64,000 bases of DNA from Owenia fusiformis. Taxonomy: Eukaryota. Shown one piece after another: positions 38,721-52,343 of the stretch (position 1 is the stretch's first letter; each line of letters opens with the position of its first letter). The stretch lies in assembly GCA_903813345.2 (NCBI GenBank), contig CAIIXF020000001.1, positions 19,468,001 to 19,532,000 on the forward strand, given 5' to 3'. A model generated the notes under the pieces. The model ran no database searches and was not told where the DNA came from. It worked only from the letters and a program-made list of their open reading frames with translations. Both the position numbers and the translations under genes were made by a program.

Positions 38721-39478
38721 CACGGTGTCCAACCCAAACGCTCTTACATGTAGTGCTTGCAACGGTAATGGATCTCACTGCCGGTAAATTTCACCTCCAT
38801 TACCTTACCGTTACCGATAATCGTTGATACTGATAATGTTCCTAAAATCCCGGGGAAAAACCTGAAAGTGAAACTAAAATATTTGGAAAAAATCCTTAAC
38901 GAAGCCGATTTCTCAGCTTGATTTCCCGCTCACATCAACTACAGTGGATATATTGTATCATCGTGTATCTCGTGTGTGATTATGTATTGTTAGGAAGTCT
39001 TTGAATGATAATATAGAGTGAATTCGATCAAAATTGATCAAACTATTTGTGTTTGTTTTTACTTCACCGAAATATCACGTCACGTGATTTGTTAATCTCA
39101 CGGCATGGGAGATGATTGACAGAAGTGGGTGGGGTTTTGCTTATCATCCCGCCTTTATCGAATGCTCTGCAGTTGATTGACAGATTAGCTCTTCAAATGT
39201 GGAGATTGAAATATACATGATTGATAAAATATTCTTAAACGAACATTGTTTCGTAAATTTGACAATGGATCGCAATGCCAATCATCATGTTGCAGCAGCA
39301 TGGCGATTATCGGCAATGGATTTTATTACCGGTAATTGAGAGTATCTACTGCCGCTGCCGACAACCCGGCATTACCGTAAGGCACTACTTACATGCATAC
39401 TTTATTTCGCTCCACAGCGTTTCTGCGTGAATGAAACGCTCCGTCATGTATGTAAGAGCGTTTGGATTAGACACCGTG
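38721..39478. mobile_element. Small Transib-like MITE interrupted by a hAT element
   Basis: CACGGTGTCCAACCCAAACGCTCTTACAT / ATGTAAGAGCGTTTGGATTAGACACCGTG; 5-bp TSD GGTTT. Confidence 0.8.
38751..39387. mobile_element. hAT-type non-autonomous element
   Basis: TAGTGC...GCACTA termini; 8-bp TSD CTTACATG. Confidence 0.85.
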
Positions 39479-41018
39479 GGTTTTACTGTAATAATGATGA
39501 ATCCATGAAGCACATCTTTACCTTCCCTGTAAGAATTTCTAAAGGTGAGAATGATGTTAGAGACTGTTGGGAAAGGTTGAGAACAAGACTAATCTGTAAC
39601 AAAGGCCAACATCAAAAACCTTGGAATATGGCCTATTCAAACACTTTTGGTCAGTCCCAATGGTGTTCGGATTAGACAGGTTTTACTGTTTCATGAAGCA
39701 CATTTTTACCTTCCCTGCAAGGATTTCTAAATGTTTTAAAGATGAGAATGATGTTCGAGACTGTTGGCAAAGCGTTGAGAATAAGATGAAAGTCAGACAT
39801 GGTACATTGTTTACGCAGACCTGTAATAAGTTTCCCTAGAAATGTGTTGATGTATGTGCCTATACACCCAGAATCTACCAGCTTTCCTGTGATCTATTTC
39901 AAGCCATTATGGTAAATTTACATTTGGATTAATAGCAATTAGATACATAATTTAATCTTGCATGGAAACTGGAATTATTCTGAGAAAGATCACATGGTAA
40001 TCCAATCACAAATTAGCGAGAAATAGAGAAAAGTGTTATTTGAACTGCAGAGAATTCAGATTTTTTTGTTTAAAACAAGCTAGATAATCCCCCTAAGGTT
40101 TGTAATAGCTAAGGCCAATTCCTGACCTGATTTCTGATCACCTAAAATGTAAGATCCATGTTTTAATTAACCTGATTTCCATAATGTGAGCCTATCAATT
40201 TTTACATGTTTGATCCCTGTACTTCTGAGGGAATATGCAGAAGTAATTTTACGACCAGTTTGGATGAGTGATTGAGTAATAGCTTTTCCCTTGATTGTGG
40301 TAAGAGGTGTCATATTTTTGGTTGTTTTTAGAGTACTGGAAAACTTACATCATTATGCTATTACTGGCTTGGTGGGCTTAAGGTAAATCTGCATCAAGAG
40401 AATTTTCATGATTTTTTTTAATTATATAAAATGAAATAAGCAATATTTTTTTCATTTCCATGTGGACATATAGGCATATGGTAAAATGCATACAAAAAGC
40501 GAAGTATTATTAAGATTAAATGTTGAGATATCATTTACTCAATTTCCAACTTTTCCTAAAGTTTATCTTCCTTATGGTAAACTTAGACATGACCCGAAGA
40601 ATATTGCAGAATGAAGAATGAATTGTAAACATTATATGAAAACAAAGGGTCAAGCATCTAGAGTTCAGAGAATCTTTTTGATCTCTGAAAGTGTTACATC
40701 TATAGCCAAATGGCCAGTTTCAAATCGATAGATCTCTTAGATTTAATTTACAGTAGTTATCACCGTTACCCATACAAAGCCTCGGAAATGATTGTACATA
40801 TCAATTCTCCCATTGCAAACAAAACATGGTGTGTCATTCAATAATCCTAATAAAATTAGTTCTAATATACGCTTACAGTCTAATTTCTACTACAACCAGT
40901 CATCCTTTTTATATATACAATTAAAATGACTTGAACAAATTACCCGGACAGGTCATAAATAATTGCAACATTTAAAAAATCATTACAAGAAGCTTTGATG
41001 TAATCTCCTTCAGAAATA

Positions 41019-41366
41019 TACCCTGCGTGCAGAGTCTAGTTAAACTACACTCTGCCTAGTAGAGACCATATTACAGTTTAGTAGCCCCGCCCCATGACGG
41101 GTACCAGTGACAGTATGGGTAAATCACTTTTGACCTACGCGCTGACCTTCCACCAATCAGCGAGCTTGAAGAAACATACGGCAAATGTGTTCTTATTAAA
41201 TACGGGCTCAACGATGACGTCAGAAGGAATGACCATATAAAGAACGTCGGTCAAATTTGGCCGACGAACACTGATTGGCGCGGTGAGTTCACAGGTTTAT
41301 TTTAGTTTGAAAGAGTGAAGACGAAGCTCTCTTTTAAGAAGTGTAGTCAAACGAATGCAAAGGGTA
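41019..41366 (+). mobile_element. ~350-bp interspersed element with TACCCT...AGGGTA ends
   Basis: Inverted second copy at 43103-43446; 3' fragments recur near 17850, 18696, 43816 and 50270. Confidence 0.7.
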
Positions 41367-43102
41367 TCAGAAATATATCACGATTTTTTGAATCTGCCAA
41401 TAATTTCTTTCTCAGTGACTATGAAATTCTTCGCTCCCTCTTGGGACTTGGGTAATTTGCTCAAGATCATGAACTGTAATTTATTGCTCTCTTTGCTATC
41501 ATAATACAGAGCAATTGAACAGTTACTACAATATGGTCTGCTAAAGTAATATGTACTAAACTGGTTTGAATGATCAATCCCCATAGTTTGGCAAGGTTTT
41601 CATAAGGAGCATGATATTTATTTGATTTTTATTTCAAAATCTGCTGGTATTTTATAGGAATTTTGTAACATTATCATTACTAAATATTTAGTACTAGTAA
41701 TAATACTAATAATGTCTGTTTAGCTATCACATATACCATAATGTTACAGTTTTGATCTAAATGTTGCTCTGGCATCATGATACCATGACATCTCAAATCT
41801 TCTCAGCCTGAGATTTCAGGTGAAACAGAAAGATGCTATGAGTATCAAAATGTTGCTCTGGTGATATTAAGAGTTTGAATATTAACTTGTCAAATACAAT
41901 TTATTTTTCTTCTCATTGATGTTTGTGCCTTTTCATTTAAAATAAGTTTGCCTGTTCTTCAATTTTATATCTCCAAGCTACCATGTGGTGTTTTATTTCT
42001 CTCATATACCCCAGTTTGTTTTTCTCTGTTGATAGCTCAATTGCAGTTTTTTAATTGAAGAATTAGGGTGGAATTCGTGAATCACCTTTAATAATGCTTG
42101 CGATGGCAAAGTTTATTTCCTGGGTTAAGAGGTCCTTTCTCATATTACTCAATTATGAAACAGATCTGTGAATTAGCCATGATGCCTGTAAATATACAAA
42201 GTGCCCTAAGTATTAGAGCCTTGTCAAGTTAAATTCTAACTTATGTTATTTAGTTGAGGATGATGCTGTAATTTTACCAATAGAATCATGAGTCAAGGTA
42301 CAGGCATGACAGATGCTACAGAAGTAATGAACAATCACCAGCAGGCCAGATCTATAAAATTTGAAAATATTGCTCGAACCTCTGCCCCCTCCAAACTACC
42401 AAATTGTCAGTCTTTGTAAGAGCAACAGGAATGGGGGGGGGGGAAACAATGGAGGTTTATGAAAGAATACATTCGTTAAAAATTCATAGCTGAAAAATTT
42501 TGCTTCCCTGATACATGTACAATATCTCAAAATAAACAAATATTCCATTAGCTTTTCTACATTCAGCTCTAACAAGTATCATTGCATATAATATTGACCT
42601 TTGAAACGAAACATACAAGTGCAAATAATATACACAAATGTTGAACAGAAACTTGACCCAGAATTACCTGAATTGTGAAACATAAACGAATAAAGGAGTA
42701 ATAAACTCAATACTCGTTTCTATTCTTTTATTCTTTTAAGTGTTTGCTTCTATTATTTCTGGTATACTTCATTGATTTGTAAGAAAATACATTGGACGAG
42801 GCCATTAAATTGTCAATAACTATGGATTTTTTCCATGTTGTTGAGAAATAAACTAATTCCAGTTTTGTATTCTTAGATTCTACATTTTTGAACTTCCTAA
42901 ACATTAAAGGCTTTGACAAGGCATGTGAATGTAGCATACGAATAGGACCTATGGACATGGTTCAAATCAAGGTGTATCAAGTTTATTGATTAATAACTTT
43001 TACAACTCTATGGTGCTCAAATTCTTTACAAAGGCCACACCAAGAAGTACCCAATAGTTTGATTTTCCTTTTTTAAAAGAGACCTTCGTCTATGTTATAT
43101 GT

Positions 43103-43446
43103 TACCCTTTGCATTTGTTCGACTTCACTTCTTAAAATAGAGCTTCGTCTTCACTCTTTCAATTTACAATAATTCTCTGATCTCACCGAGCCAATCAGAG
43201 TTCGTTGTCGAAATACGAACGACTTTCTATTATGGTCATTTTCTCTGACAACACCGCATAATCAATGGGCATGTATTTAGCACGTGTTCCTTCCACTTCG
43301 CTGATAGGTTGAGAAAGGATCACCGTGGTAGATTTGAAATGATTATTACCCGGGCTGTCATTTTTAAGGTGTGGCTGCTAAACTGTAATATAGTCTATAC
43401 TAGGCAGAGGGTAGTTTATAATTAACTAGACTCTGCACGCAGGGTA
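43103..43446 (-). mobile_element. Inverted second copy of the TACCCT...AGGGTA element
   Basis: Reverse complement of 41019-41366; terminal TACCCTGCGTGCAGAGTCTAGTTAA identical. Confidence 0.7.
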
Positions 43447-46349
43447 CCTTATATGCTAAGCTCTGACACCTAGGATATCCAAAAACCAACAGAATGGTTC
43501 TAAGTTAGTAGAAAGAATAATATATTTCATTTTCAAACATACACCATACAGAATATTCAGCATGCCATTATATATAATTCTTGCAATGATAGTCTAGTAC
43601 AATAGGCAGTGATCTCCCCAGCATTAAAGCAAGTGGGCATTGTACCCACTGGAGATTTTAATCAAAAGAATGCACCCACACCAGACTCCATTTGCACCCA
43701 ATTGAAAAAAATGAGAAATCATGAAAATTAGCCATAGTTTGACCAAATTTGGTTTAAATTGCAAGATTCAGAATTTCACACCCACTTGAGATAAAATCCT
43801 GAGGAGAACATTGATAGATGAAGCTCTCTTTTATGAAGCAAAATCAAACTATATTATTAATAGGGTAGCAAGAATTCTGGCTGATAGCTGGTAGGTACAT
43901 AGTATAGATCTATTGGATCCCCTATATTAACAACACCCGATCAGTTTGATAATACCACCAAGGAGATTTATATTGACCAGATAATCTTACCAAAATTGGC
44001 TTAGCAATGTTGACGTTGCATCAAATTACATCTAGGAGTGAAAATAGATGAATGCTCCTATTAAGATTTCAAAGTGAAATTGATGTGCCATCCTAAGCCT
44101 TAATTATCCCTCATCAAGACCCTAATATAGTAATTGCAGATATAATTATATGTAATAAATGTCTATGGATATTTGAATTATCTAAGCTTTAAATTATTGA
44201 AAGGATATGATTGATTCATTCATTGTGCAATTGACTTGCACTCAATGTTGGTACAATATGCAGGATTTTCAGAGAAAACACATCTGGTATTCTGGAAAAT
44301 TTTAAGATGCTTTCTAGACTATGGTTGTTTTTTCTAGCACTAGGTATTAAAGTGTAAGTTGTAGTCATAACAGACAGGTGTGAATCTAATGTCTTATATT
44401 CAATTGTACCCTTTCTACAGTTCCTATTCCCCCATCATACATGGATCAGATCTACTCTGTTGTTATTATCATAGTTCTTTTGTGCAATACCAGAAGATGA
44501 CCAAATATGATACAGATGTAAATCAATCAAAAAACAGACATGTAAAAGTTGTTATGTATTGAATTTTAATCAAAATTGAACTTCCTCTATTGGTGTTCAT
44601 ATTACTCAAAATAATACCTCTAGCTAGAGGGGGAGGGGGGGGGGGCATTTTATAGGTCCCCAGTTTCAAAAATATACCATGCAGGATTCTAACCTATATC
44701 ACTATATGCAGGATATATTAAACTCAATATAGAGAGGTGAAAGCTTGCATGTAAAATTGAAACGAAAAGTATAACATATTACTTAATCCAGTTTCAGGGT
44801 TCATGCTTAGAGTGGGATGCAGCATATAAAATACAGTTGGCAGTTCTATAGCCGATTTTCAGATACACAGGCCCGTAGCCAAGGAGGGAGTTCGATGGGT
44901 TTGTGAGAACCCCCTGGCCAAAACTCTTTCAAAATCATGCAGTTTTTCACCATTCTGAGCACTTTTTAAGTGATTTTGGCCATTTGTGGATCAAAATTGT
45001 CACAAGTGAACCCCCCTGGAATTTCTCAAAAAGTGAACCCCACTTTAGCATTGAAAGCTAAATTGCCAGCATAGTATTCAATAGACATGAGTATGATGAT
45101 TCCCGTTGACACCATCCGTTACATTTCAAATTTTCCATTCTAAACAAGAATCACTGACTGGATCTACTGTGACTTGGTATTGAAGCACAGGAACTTTTGA
45201 TGGTTGAGGTTTATAATGTCTCCGACTATACCTGTAATTCTCGAAATCGCTGTTCTCTCTTCAAAAGAGGAGACACGAAAATCTTTCCTTATATGGTCAA
45301 AATATTTCCCATGATGCAGTTCGCGGAGGAACAAATTTATACTTCCTTGTTTTCCCTCATAGGTTTTACATGGGGATTTTCACACATATTTTTCAAACGA
45401 TATATTCGTTCATATTCCCGTACGAGGGTACAGAAAAAATTATTAGAAACGATTGATCTCTTATTAATCTTAATATAACAGCTATTTTCTTCATTGTATT
45501 GATTCATAGCGTGGTGAAAACGATGATTGAAAAGTGAGAAAATATTCCGGAAGAGAAGGTCACATGATCAGTTGACTAGTCGCCATATTGGAAAAAACAA
45601 TTCCATTCGACTTTCAATACTTTCATGCCAATCTTACCGCACTACAAACTGCAACATCGATGCAACAACTGAATAAAAGTATTCATCTTCAAATTACATC
45701 ATAGAGTTACGTTGAAAACCAACAAACAACTGAGCAGTAGACCAAAGAAGAAGCGTCGCTATTATCTAGGTCACTCTGTTCAGTGGTTCGAAAGCAAATC
45801 TATAGTACTCGTTTCCGAATTTTGTTGTTCATTGTACAATCTTTTATTGATTAAACTCGGTATACTGACTATTAAAGCAATGACAAAGAAGAATACTTCC
45901 GATGTTGTCATTGTTTTATTAAGCGTGCGGGTGTAAAAACAAAATTGCGTAATTAGTTTGATTTAGAACTTTCGGGTCACGCAAATAGCTAGGCGAAATG
46001 CATAGTGAGAAAATATTGACCAATCAAATTTTGTCCTTTTTGAGTGCTTTTTCAGTGCATATTTGCGAACGTTCTGATTCAAAGAGCGAATCGCGAAAGG
46101 GAGAATTTGTAAAGCTTGCCTCTTGTATGACTAGTCTAACGTCATGCATTTACTTCAGTTACTCCATCTAATTTTAAGGTAATATTTATCAAATTTAGGG
46201 AACAGATGTCACACCCAAACCTGTATGATCACTAGACTAGATTTCATTCACTGTCATACATCTTACAATTTATTTCCTGAGTTTATGAATCAGTCTCCAG
46301 ATCCAGATTCTGTGTTGAAAAAATTCAAAAAAGTTCAGGAGAAACTTAC

Positions 46350-46403
46350 CAGCTGTATAATGCAGATTGTTATCAGGATACATCTGCCCGTACAGCAGCC
46401 CAT
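46350..46403 (-). CDS. NKAIN: NKAIN coding exon 1 (MGCCTGRCILITICIIQL)
   Basis: ATG in ACAACATGG context; 54 bp ending at CTG|GTAAGT; matches the NKAIN family N-terminus MGxCxGRC. Confidence 0.92.
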
Positions 46404-46711
46404 GTTGTCGACTTTGATTTACTTATGATAATGTTTCCATTGGACTGTGGTGATGAAAAAAGTTTGTAGAAACAACAAAGCGAAGTAAGTCACTCATTTT
46501 CCAAAATATTGTGTCTTGTCACTCCACAGGTACTTTTACGAAATACGCGGACACATATAGTGCGAAATGTATTTCGATGTTTATTTGTCAATTTTATTCT
46601 ATTTTGAAATATTAATAAGTATAACGAGTATTTTTCATGTTTCCCTTACTTGAAAAGTACATTATAGTCGATCTTAAAGTGAATATAAAAGTTCAAATAT
46701 TTTGCGGTTAA

Positions 46712-47466
46712 GGTCTCATGGAAGTTAACAGGAAATGACAAAACAGGAAGTGACAAGATTATTTGCATTTTTAGATATTTTTTGAACAAAGATAACAGAG
46801 TTCACTTTTGACCTCCAGTCAATTCAACTAGTTCCAAATACCATTTACAGGTCCAGGATCACAATGTTTATGGTCAGAATGACCCTAAATATCATGAAAT
46901 AACCTTTTCAGCCCTATGAAAATGTGACTGAAAAATAGCTAAAAGAAGGAGGTAGGAAAGGTCACCGAACAGAATCTTTTGAATTTTTCAGAAAATGTGC
47001 CCAATATATTGCTCTAAATAGTACAATCTTTGAAAATTTGATATCATTCATAGAAAGAGAAAAAAAATGAAAAAACTGATTTCAAAAGCGATCTATTTTC
47101 CTTTTTATGACCGCCATTTTTGTTTACGACAATTTTCTAAAATTTCAAAGATTGTATCAGTTAGAGCATTATATTAGGCACATTTTCTGAAAAATTCAAA
47201 AGATTCTGTTCAGTGACCTTCCCTAGCTCCTACTTTTAGCTTTTTTTCAGTCACACTTTCAAGGGACTAAAAAGGTTATTTCATCATGTTTAGGGTCATT
47301 CTGACCATGCACATTGTGATCCTGGTCATGTAAATGATATGTGGAAACAGTTAAATTGACTGGAGGTCAAACCAGAACTCTGTTATCTTTGTTCAAAAAA
47401 CGTCTAAAAATGCCAAAAAAATTGTCACTTCCTGTTTTGTCATCTCCTGTTAACTTCCATGAGACC
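46712..47466. mobile_element. TTAA-flanked foldback MITE (Kolobok-like GG...CC termini) between the NKAIN and ASPH start codons
   Basis: TTAA|GGTCTCATGGAAGTTAACAGG ... CCTGTTAACTTCCATGAGACC|TTAA; ~330-bp inverted arms. Confidence 0.85.
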
Positions 47467-47818
47467 TTAATGCGGATGGGTTTCCCAACATTTGAAAGGT
47501 CACCTCGCTATTGATAACTTTTGGCCGTATATCCTCACAAAGTTCATTCTCCTGGCATATGTATGGAACTTTGAAGTCTTTTTAAACTTAAATAGATTAA
47601 ATTCATTCTCTAAATGGTCATAATTGAAGTAATTGAAATATAAAATAGTTCTCGTAATTGATTGAGCATGCGCTTCGGGAACTTCCTGTATTTTGACCTA
47701 CTTCAATGTTTTTGTCATCTATTTCAAAATTGCTAAACAAAAGTGGAGACAACTGCTGTAGTAGATCTAATGCGAACTCAATAGCATAACAAAAGTAAGG
47801 GGTAATAACTTTGTTATC

Positions 47819-47879
47819 ATGGGTTCAAAGAAGCGGCAAGATGCATCGAAGAAGGGGACAGAGAAATCTTCGAAGAAAG
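47819..47879 (+). CDS. ASPH: ASPH coding exon 1 (basic cytosolic N-terminus MGSKKRQDASKKGTEKSSKK)
   Basis: ATG; G|GTGAGA donor in phase 1, compatible with the next exon. Confidence 0.75.
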
Positions 47880-49441
47880 GTGAGAAAAAAGTTTGTCTTG
47901 TCAATCAATTCAATGAACTGACACATGTTATCCAGCATGTATTCCACTGGAAAGTACACACAAAGTTTTGCATAGAAGATCGCTTGCGTTCTCCTTTGTA
48001 TTTAACAACATACATAAGAGGGAGCAACAAACTAAATGATTCGTAAGTGTGCAGTGGTACAAACCACAAGAACTTGAAGCGCCATCCATAGAAACGCAAG
48101 GGAGAAATTGTGATGTTTTCTAGAAGTAGAAGAAGAAAACTTGTTCAAATATTGAAAAATTTAAGTGCTAAGTTGTCCAAAATAGCTCATGTGATCTCAT
48201 TTCAAGGATAAATTATTTTTATGTCACAAACAAGCTGGCCTAAAATATTTGAAGATCTTCAACTTTGAAGCAACCAACGATTTACACAAAAGTAACAGAA
48301 CATTCCTAGACTTCCCTTATATTGTTGATTTTGCCCTTTTCACAATTTTATTTTTAAAATTTGTATAACAACCTTAGGGCGCCTCTGACCAACTGCTGAG
48401 CATAGTGAAACGATCATGAAAGAGAATGTGCTAAATTCAAAGCCCGGTGTGGGAATCAAACTTAGACCCTCAAGTTCAAACTGGACCCTCAAGTTCAAAG
48501 TTTGTTTTGTTTGTATCTTTCTCTGCGTTCTGATGTTCAAAGTCTGGAGCTCTACTGACTGAGCAATTTACTATCCATGTTCCATTATCATGTAATGCCA
48601 CCCCCCTCGAAGAACAATGACCCATCGTCATCCTTATATTGACATAGGCACATACCTTATCTAAAACCAATGTAACAACCCAAGGGTATCTCCAGCCTTA
48701 TAGTGTAACAAGAAGGATACAGACATTAAAGAGAGTGTGCTAAATTCAATGTCCCATAAGGGAATTAACCCAGTACCCTCAAGTTCAAAGTTATATACCC
48801 TCCCAGAGATGCTCTACTGACTGAACTATAGGAGCTTAAGCAACCTGTAACTTGCTATCCAGGATCAGAACATTTGTATGGAATCAACTCAACGGACTTA
48901 TAATGTTCAGTCATGTTTCACAGGTATACTGCTGTGTAATTTATTCTTCATGTTTCACCATGGGGTTTTTATTAAAGAATTGCATGAGTGTAACATACAT
49001 GTACTAAACATGCAATGCATCATATCATTCCCTTGAGTTGAATTAAATTTAAGCATGCCCAGCATATAATTTGATGAAAAATGATGTCAAAGTGGATATT
49101 TTATATTAAATTTAAATGTATTATTAATGTATTTAAATGTATCATTTTAAATTTATTCAGTCATTTGAGGCAAATGTGAATTCTGAAAATGAGAATTTTG
49201 CACCCACACTGAAATTGGTCAAAATATGCATATTTTTCATGATTTTTCTCGAGGGTGCAAATGGATTTTCAGGTGGGTGCAAGCCTGATTTTAAAATCTC
49301 AGGTGGGTGCTACGCCTACTTGCTTTAACGGTGGGGAGATCAATCCTATATTTTAGGATCTTACTGATTTAAATTGGATCACTTTATTATATATCTGTAT
49401 ATGTCCTAGCCTGAACTAAAGCAAATGATTTTCAATTGTAG

Positions 49442-49633
49442 ATACTACTCAGAAATCTCAGCCTAGTACACCTTCAAACAACAGCAAACGTAAATCTGAA
49501 TCTGCTAAAGACACGTCACAAACTGCAGGCTCTTCAACCAGAATATTCATTGTACTTCTTATACTAGGTACACTAACAGCTGGCACAGTCTATGTTTACA
49601 TTAACAATATAGGAGACTCCCAGATTATCCTAG
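49442..49633 (+). CDS. ASPH: ASPH exon 2 with type II transmembrane anchor (IFIVLLILGTLTAGTVYVYI)
   Basis: ttgtag acceptor, gtaagg donor, 192 bp, phase 1-1, hydrophobic segment. Confidence 0.82.
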
Positions 49634-49749
49634 GTAAGGGAACCTTTCAAAATATCAATATTATTTCAAAAGCTCAACTGACTTAGTTTATAGATAAAGG
49701 GGAGAAAAAAGAGAGAGGTAAATAGTTTTATGCTGATTTAATTTAGTTA

Positions 49750-49966
49750 CACCCCTGTCAGAACAGGGTGGCGTCCTTACTGCACTGTTGCTGCCGTACA
49801 ATGACCAAAAATGCACAAGGTCAGCGGCAAGCGTGAACATAATGCGAAAAACACACTTATGGGATTAAGATTGAAATCTTTTGGCTATGTGATAATCAGT
49901 GAACCCAAGGCAATTACAATGTTGCCGTTGAAGTGCAGTAAGAACGTCACCCCAATTTGATGGGTG
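49750..49966. mobile_element. TA-flanked MITE
   Basis: TA|CACCC...GGGTGGCGTCCTTACTGCAC / GTGCAGTAAGAACGTCACCC...GGGTG|TA. Confidence 0.6.
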
Positions 49967-52050
49967 TATTATGAAATCACTCAAATTTAAACTATGTTTT
50001 TATGGTTTGTGAATTGATATTTGTTTCTTAAGTTTCTGAATGAAATTGCACTATTGACACATTGACACACAAAGATCAATAAATTAATTTTTATTAACTT
50101 AGCAGATTGAACAGATTGAACAGATTGAGATGTTAAATGCTGAGCAGTACATTAAATGCCTGGTAATTAATGGCTCACTTCAATTTTTATGATTGAGTTT
50201 TATGTTAATTATTGAATTATGATTTATATGTTTTCCAACCCTGAACGCAAGACTTAGTTCAAAATTAACGATGAAGATGAAACTCACTTCTAAGAAGCAA
50301 AGTCAAACAAACTGAAAGAGTATCATTTTACCAAAGAGAGATCATTTTTGTCTAAATTTTTTAATTAAGGATACATGTAACATTGTTGATATTATAGTTC
50401 AAACTTAGATCTAGGTTTAACATACAAGTTTAACATTTTACATGGAGACTCGTATGATGTTAGTCAGTATTGTACTTGTATAGCCTGAAATCACAGGTTC
50501 ATAGTAAGAGGTGTTCACCAGGGCCTAAGGGCATTAAAGTGGCCATAGGCCCAGGCTTTGCAGTAGAGTCTTAATTTATAACAATGGTAAAACGTGAAAA
50601 TAGTGATCACATACTTGGGTACATATCAAGCCTTCCCTAGAGGCAGAACTCTTTCAAGATATATTTTACGATTTATAAAAGCAGATGAAATAAGCACTTC
50701 AGAATTCTATGACTTTGATCCCAATTTTGCAGGACACACTCTCTCTTTTGGCTATGGCTTATAATGCTATCAGACCTTCTTCAGGTGAACCCCTCTCAGT
50801 TTGAATACCTGCATTCCATCCTCGGAGGATGCTGCATTCAGGCATTACAATCCTCCATCCACTGGCAGATCCAGGGGGAGGCCCATAGGGATCTGCCAGT
50901 GCCGTCTATACAGTTTCACCATAAAATCTTTATTGCCTGATTGCATTGTTATTCTGGTACCCTAAATTCTCAACCCACCCCTCCTTTGTAGCTATTACTC
51001 TGCATTCGACTATGTTATAAAGAATCAGAAAATGGGCACCATATATGGTAAAACACTGAAAGACATTCTATTGGTCTTTGTGATTACATGTATATATGTA
51101 TTTATAATCTAGTCACCTTTCATAGAGGTAATAGGTGACATGTCATTTAACAATCATTTGACATTTGAATTTACATGTATTATTTTATCAAATTGTGCAA
51201 CATGGTGTGATATATTGAATTTTAGCTTTCACTTATTGATATTTATGATGACTCTCATGTACACTATTGTAAAGTGACCTTATAATGACCAGTGTCTCAT
51301 AAGCTGACATCGGCTTGTAGTACTTTTGTAGTATTTTAATCATGTTCTATTTATGTGTAAAACATGTATGAATATACCAGGGACACTATACACTATAATA
51401 AAATATTTTAATAGAAATGAATAAATTATAAACTAACAAATCAATCAAAAGCATGTTAAATGACACTCTAATTACTCTGATGCGAGAAGGTAGTTACCAG
51501 TTTCGCCACCAGGTGGCTGATTCGGGGGAAATAACATGGGTATTGCAATATTCCCTTAAACTTGAATATTCATCAGTTTTAGTGGTTCACTTTTCATATT
51601 ACCCTTATGTATGTGATAGTTATACAATTTAAAATATCTCCAAGAAAATATTATCTGCCCAACACAAGAAAAGATATTTCACTTTTTGTGGTTTTACAAC
51701 ATGGGGTCTATGAGGAATCTCCCCGACCTTGAAATCACATTTTCAAAGAAAATTAAATTTTCAAAAGTTGATAAACTCTTTTCAAAACCACATTTCTAGA
51801 TGTAATGTTACATGTAGATTCAAAATATGACATCAGTTTTACTGAATTGTGACTCTTTAATGACGTAAATCAAGATTATTTCTACTTGCATCTAGGATAT
51901 TGAAACACAAGCTATTTAAGTATGACTACTTCAAACTACATGACTTGTATATTTGACTGGTTATAAATGGTAATATCTTCATAAAATCCTATATGCTTTA
52001 ATCTTTGTCAAGCGTACCATTCTTATTTTTTTACATATTTCTATTTTTAG

Positions 52051-52343
52051 GTAATTTTAGAGAATCCATAGAGGCTAGTTTTACATCAATATTTAAATCA
52101 ACACCTGAAAAACAAACAGCTAAACAACCAGATAAAAAACAAACATCTAAACAAGCAGATAAAAAGCAAACAAAGAAAGACAATGCAGCTGAAAAAGAAA
52201 ACAAGCCAACAAAACCATCAACTCAGGAATCTGAAGCTAGTAATAAGGCAAAAGAATCAAAACCCTATGCTAAAGCTAGTATTACTAATAGTGCTGATCA
52301 AAACATTCAAAAAGAACTTGATACTGCAGATGATCTAGTTCAG
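52051..52343 (+). CDS. ASPH: ASPH exon 3 (Lys/Gln-rich luminal linker ending ITNSADQNIQKELDTADDLVQ)
   Basis: ttttag acceptor, gtaagg donor, 293 bp, phase 1-0. Confidence 0.85.

Noticed and set aside
41378-41584. ORF with faint piggyBac-like motifs (MGIDHSNQ..YY, CSNCSIAL)
   Set aside because: Too short and degenerate to support without a search.
48380-48840. tRNA-like segments on the minus strand (also ~61660-61720)
   Set aside because: Degenerate, with no complete cloverleaf; at most decayed SINE heads, so not called as tRNA genes.
52041-52060. TTTTAG|GTAATT resembling a recursive splice site
   Set aside because: Explained by a normal acceptor followed by the Gly-Asn codons of ASPH exon 3.
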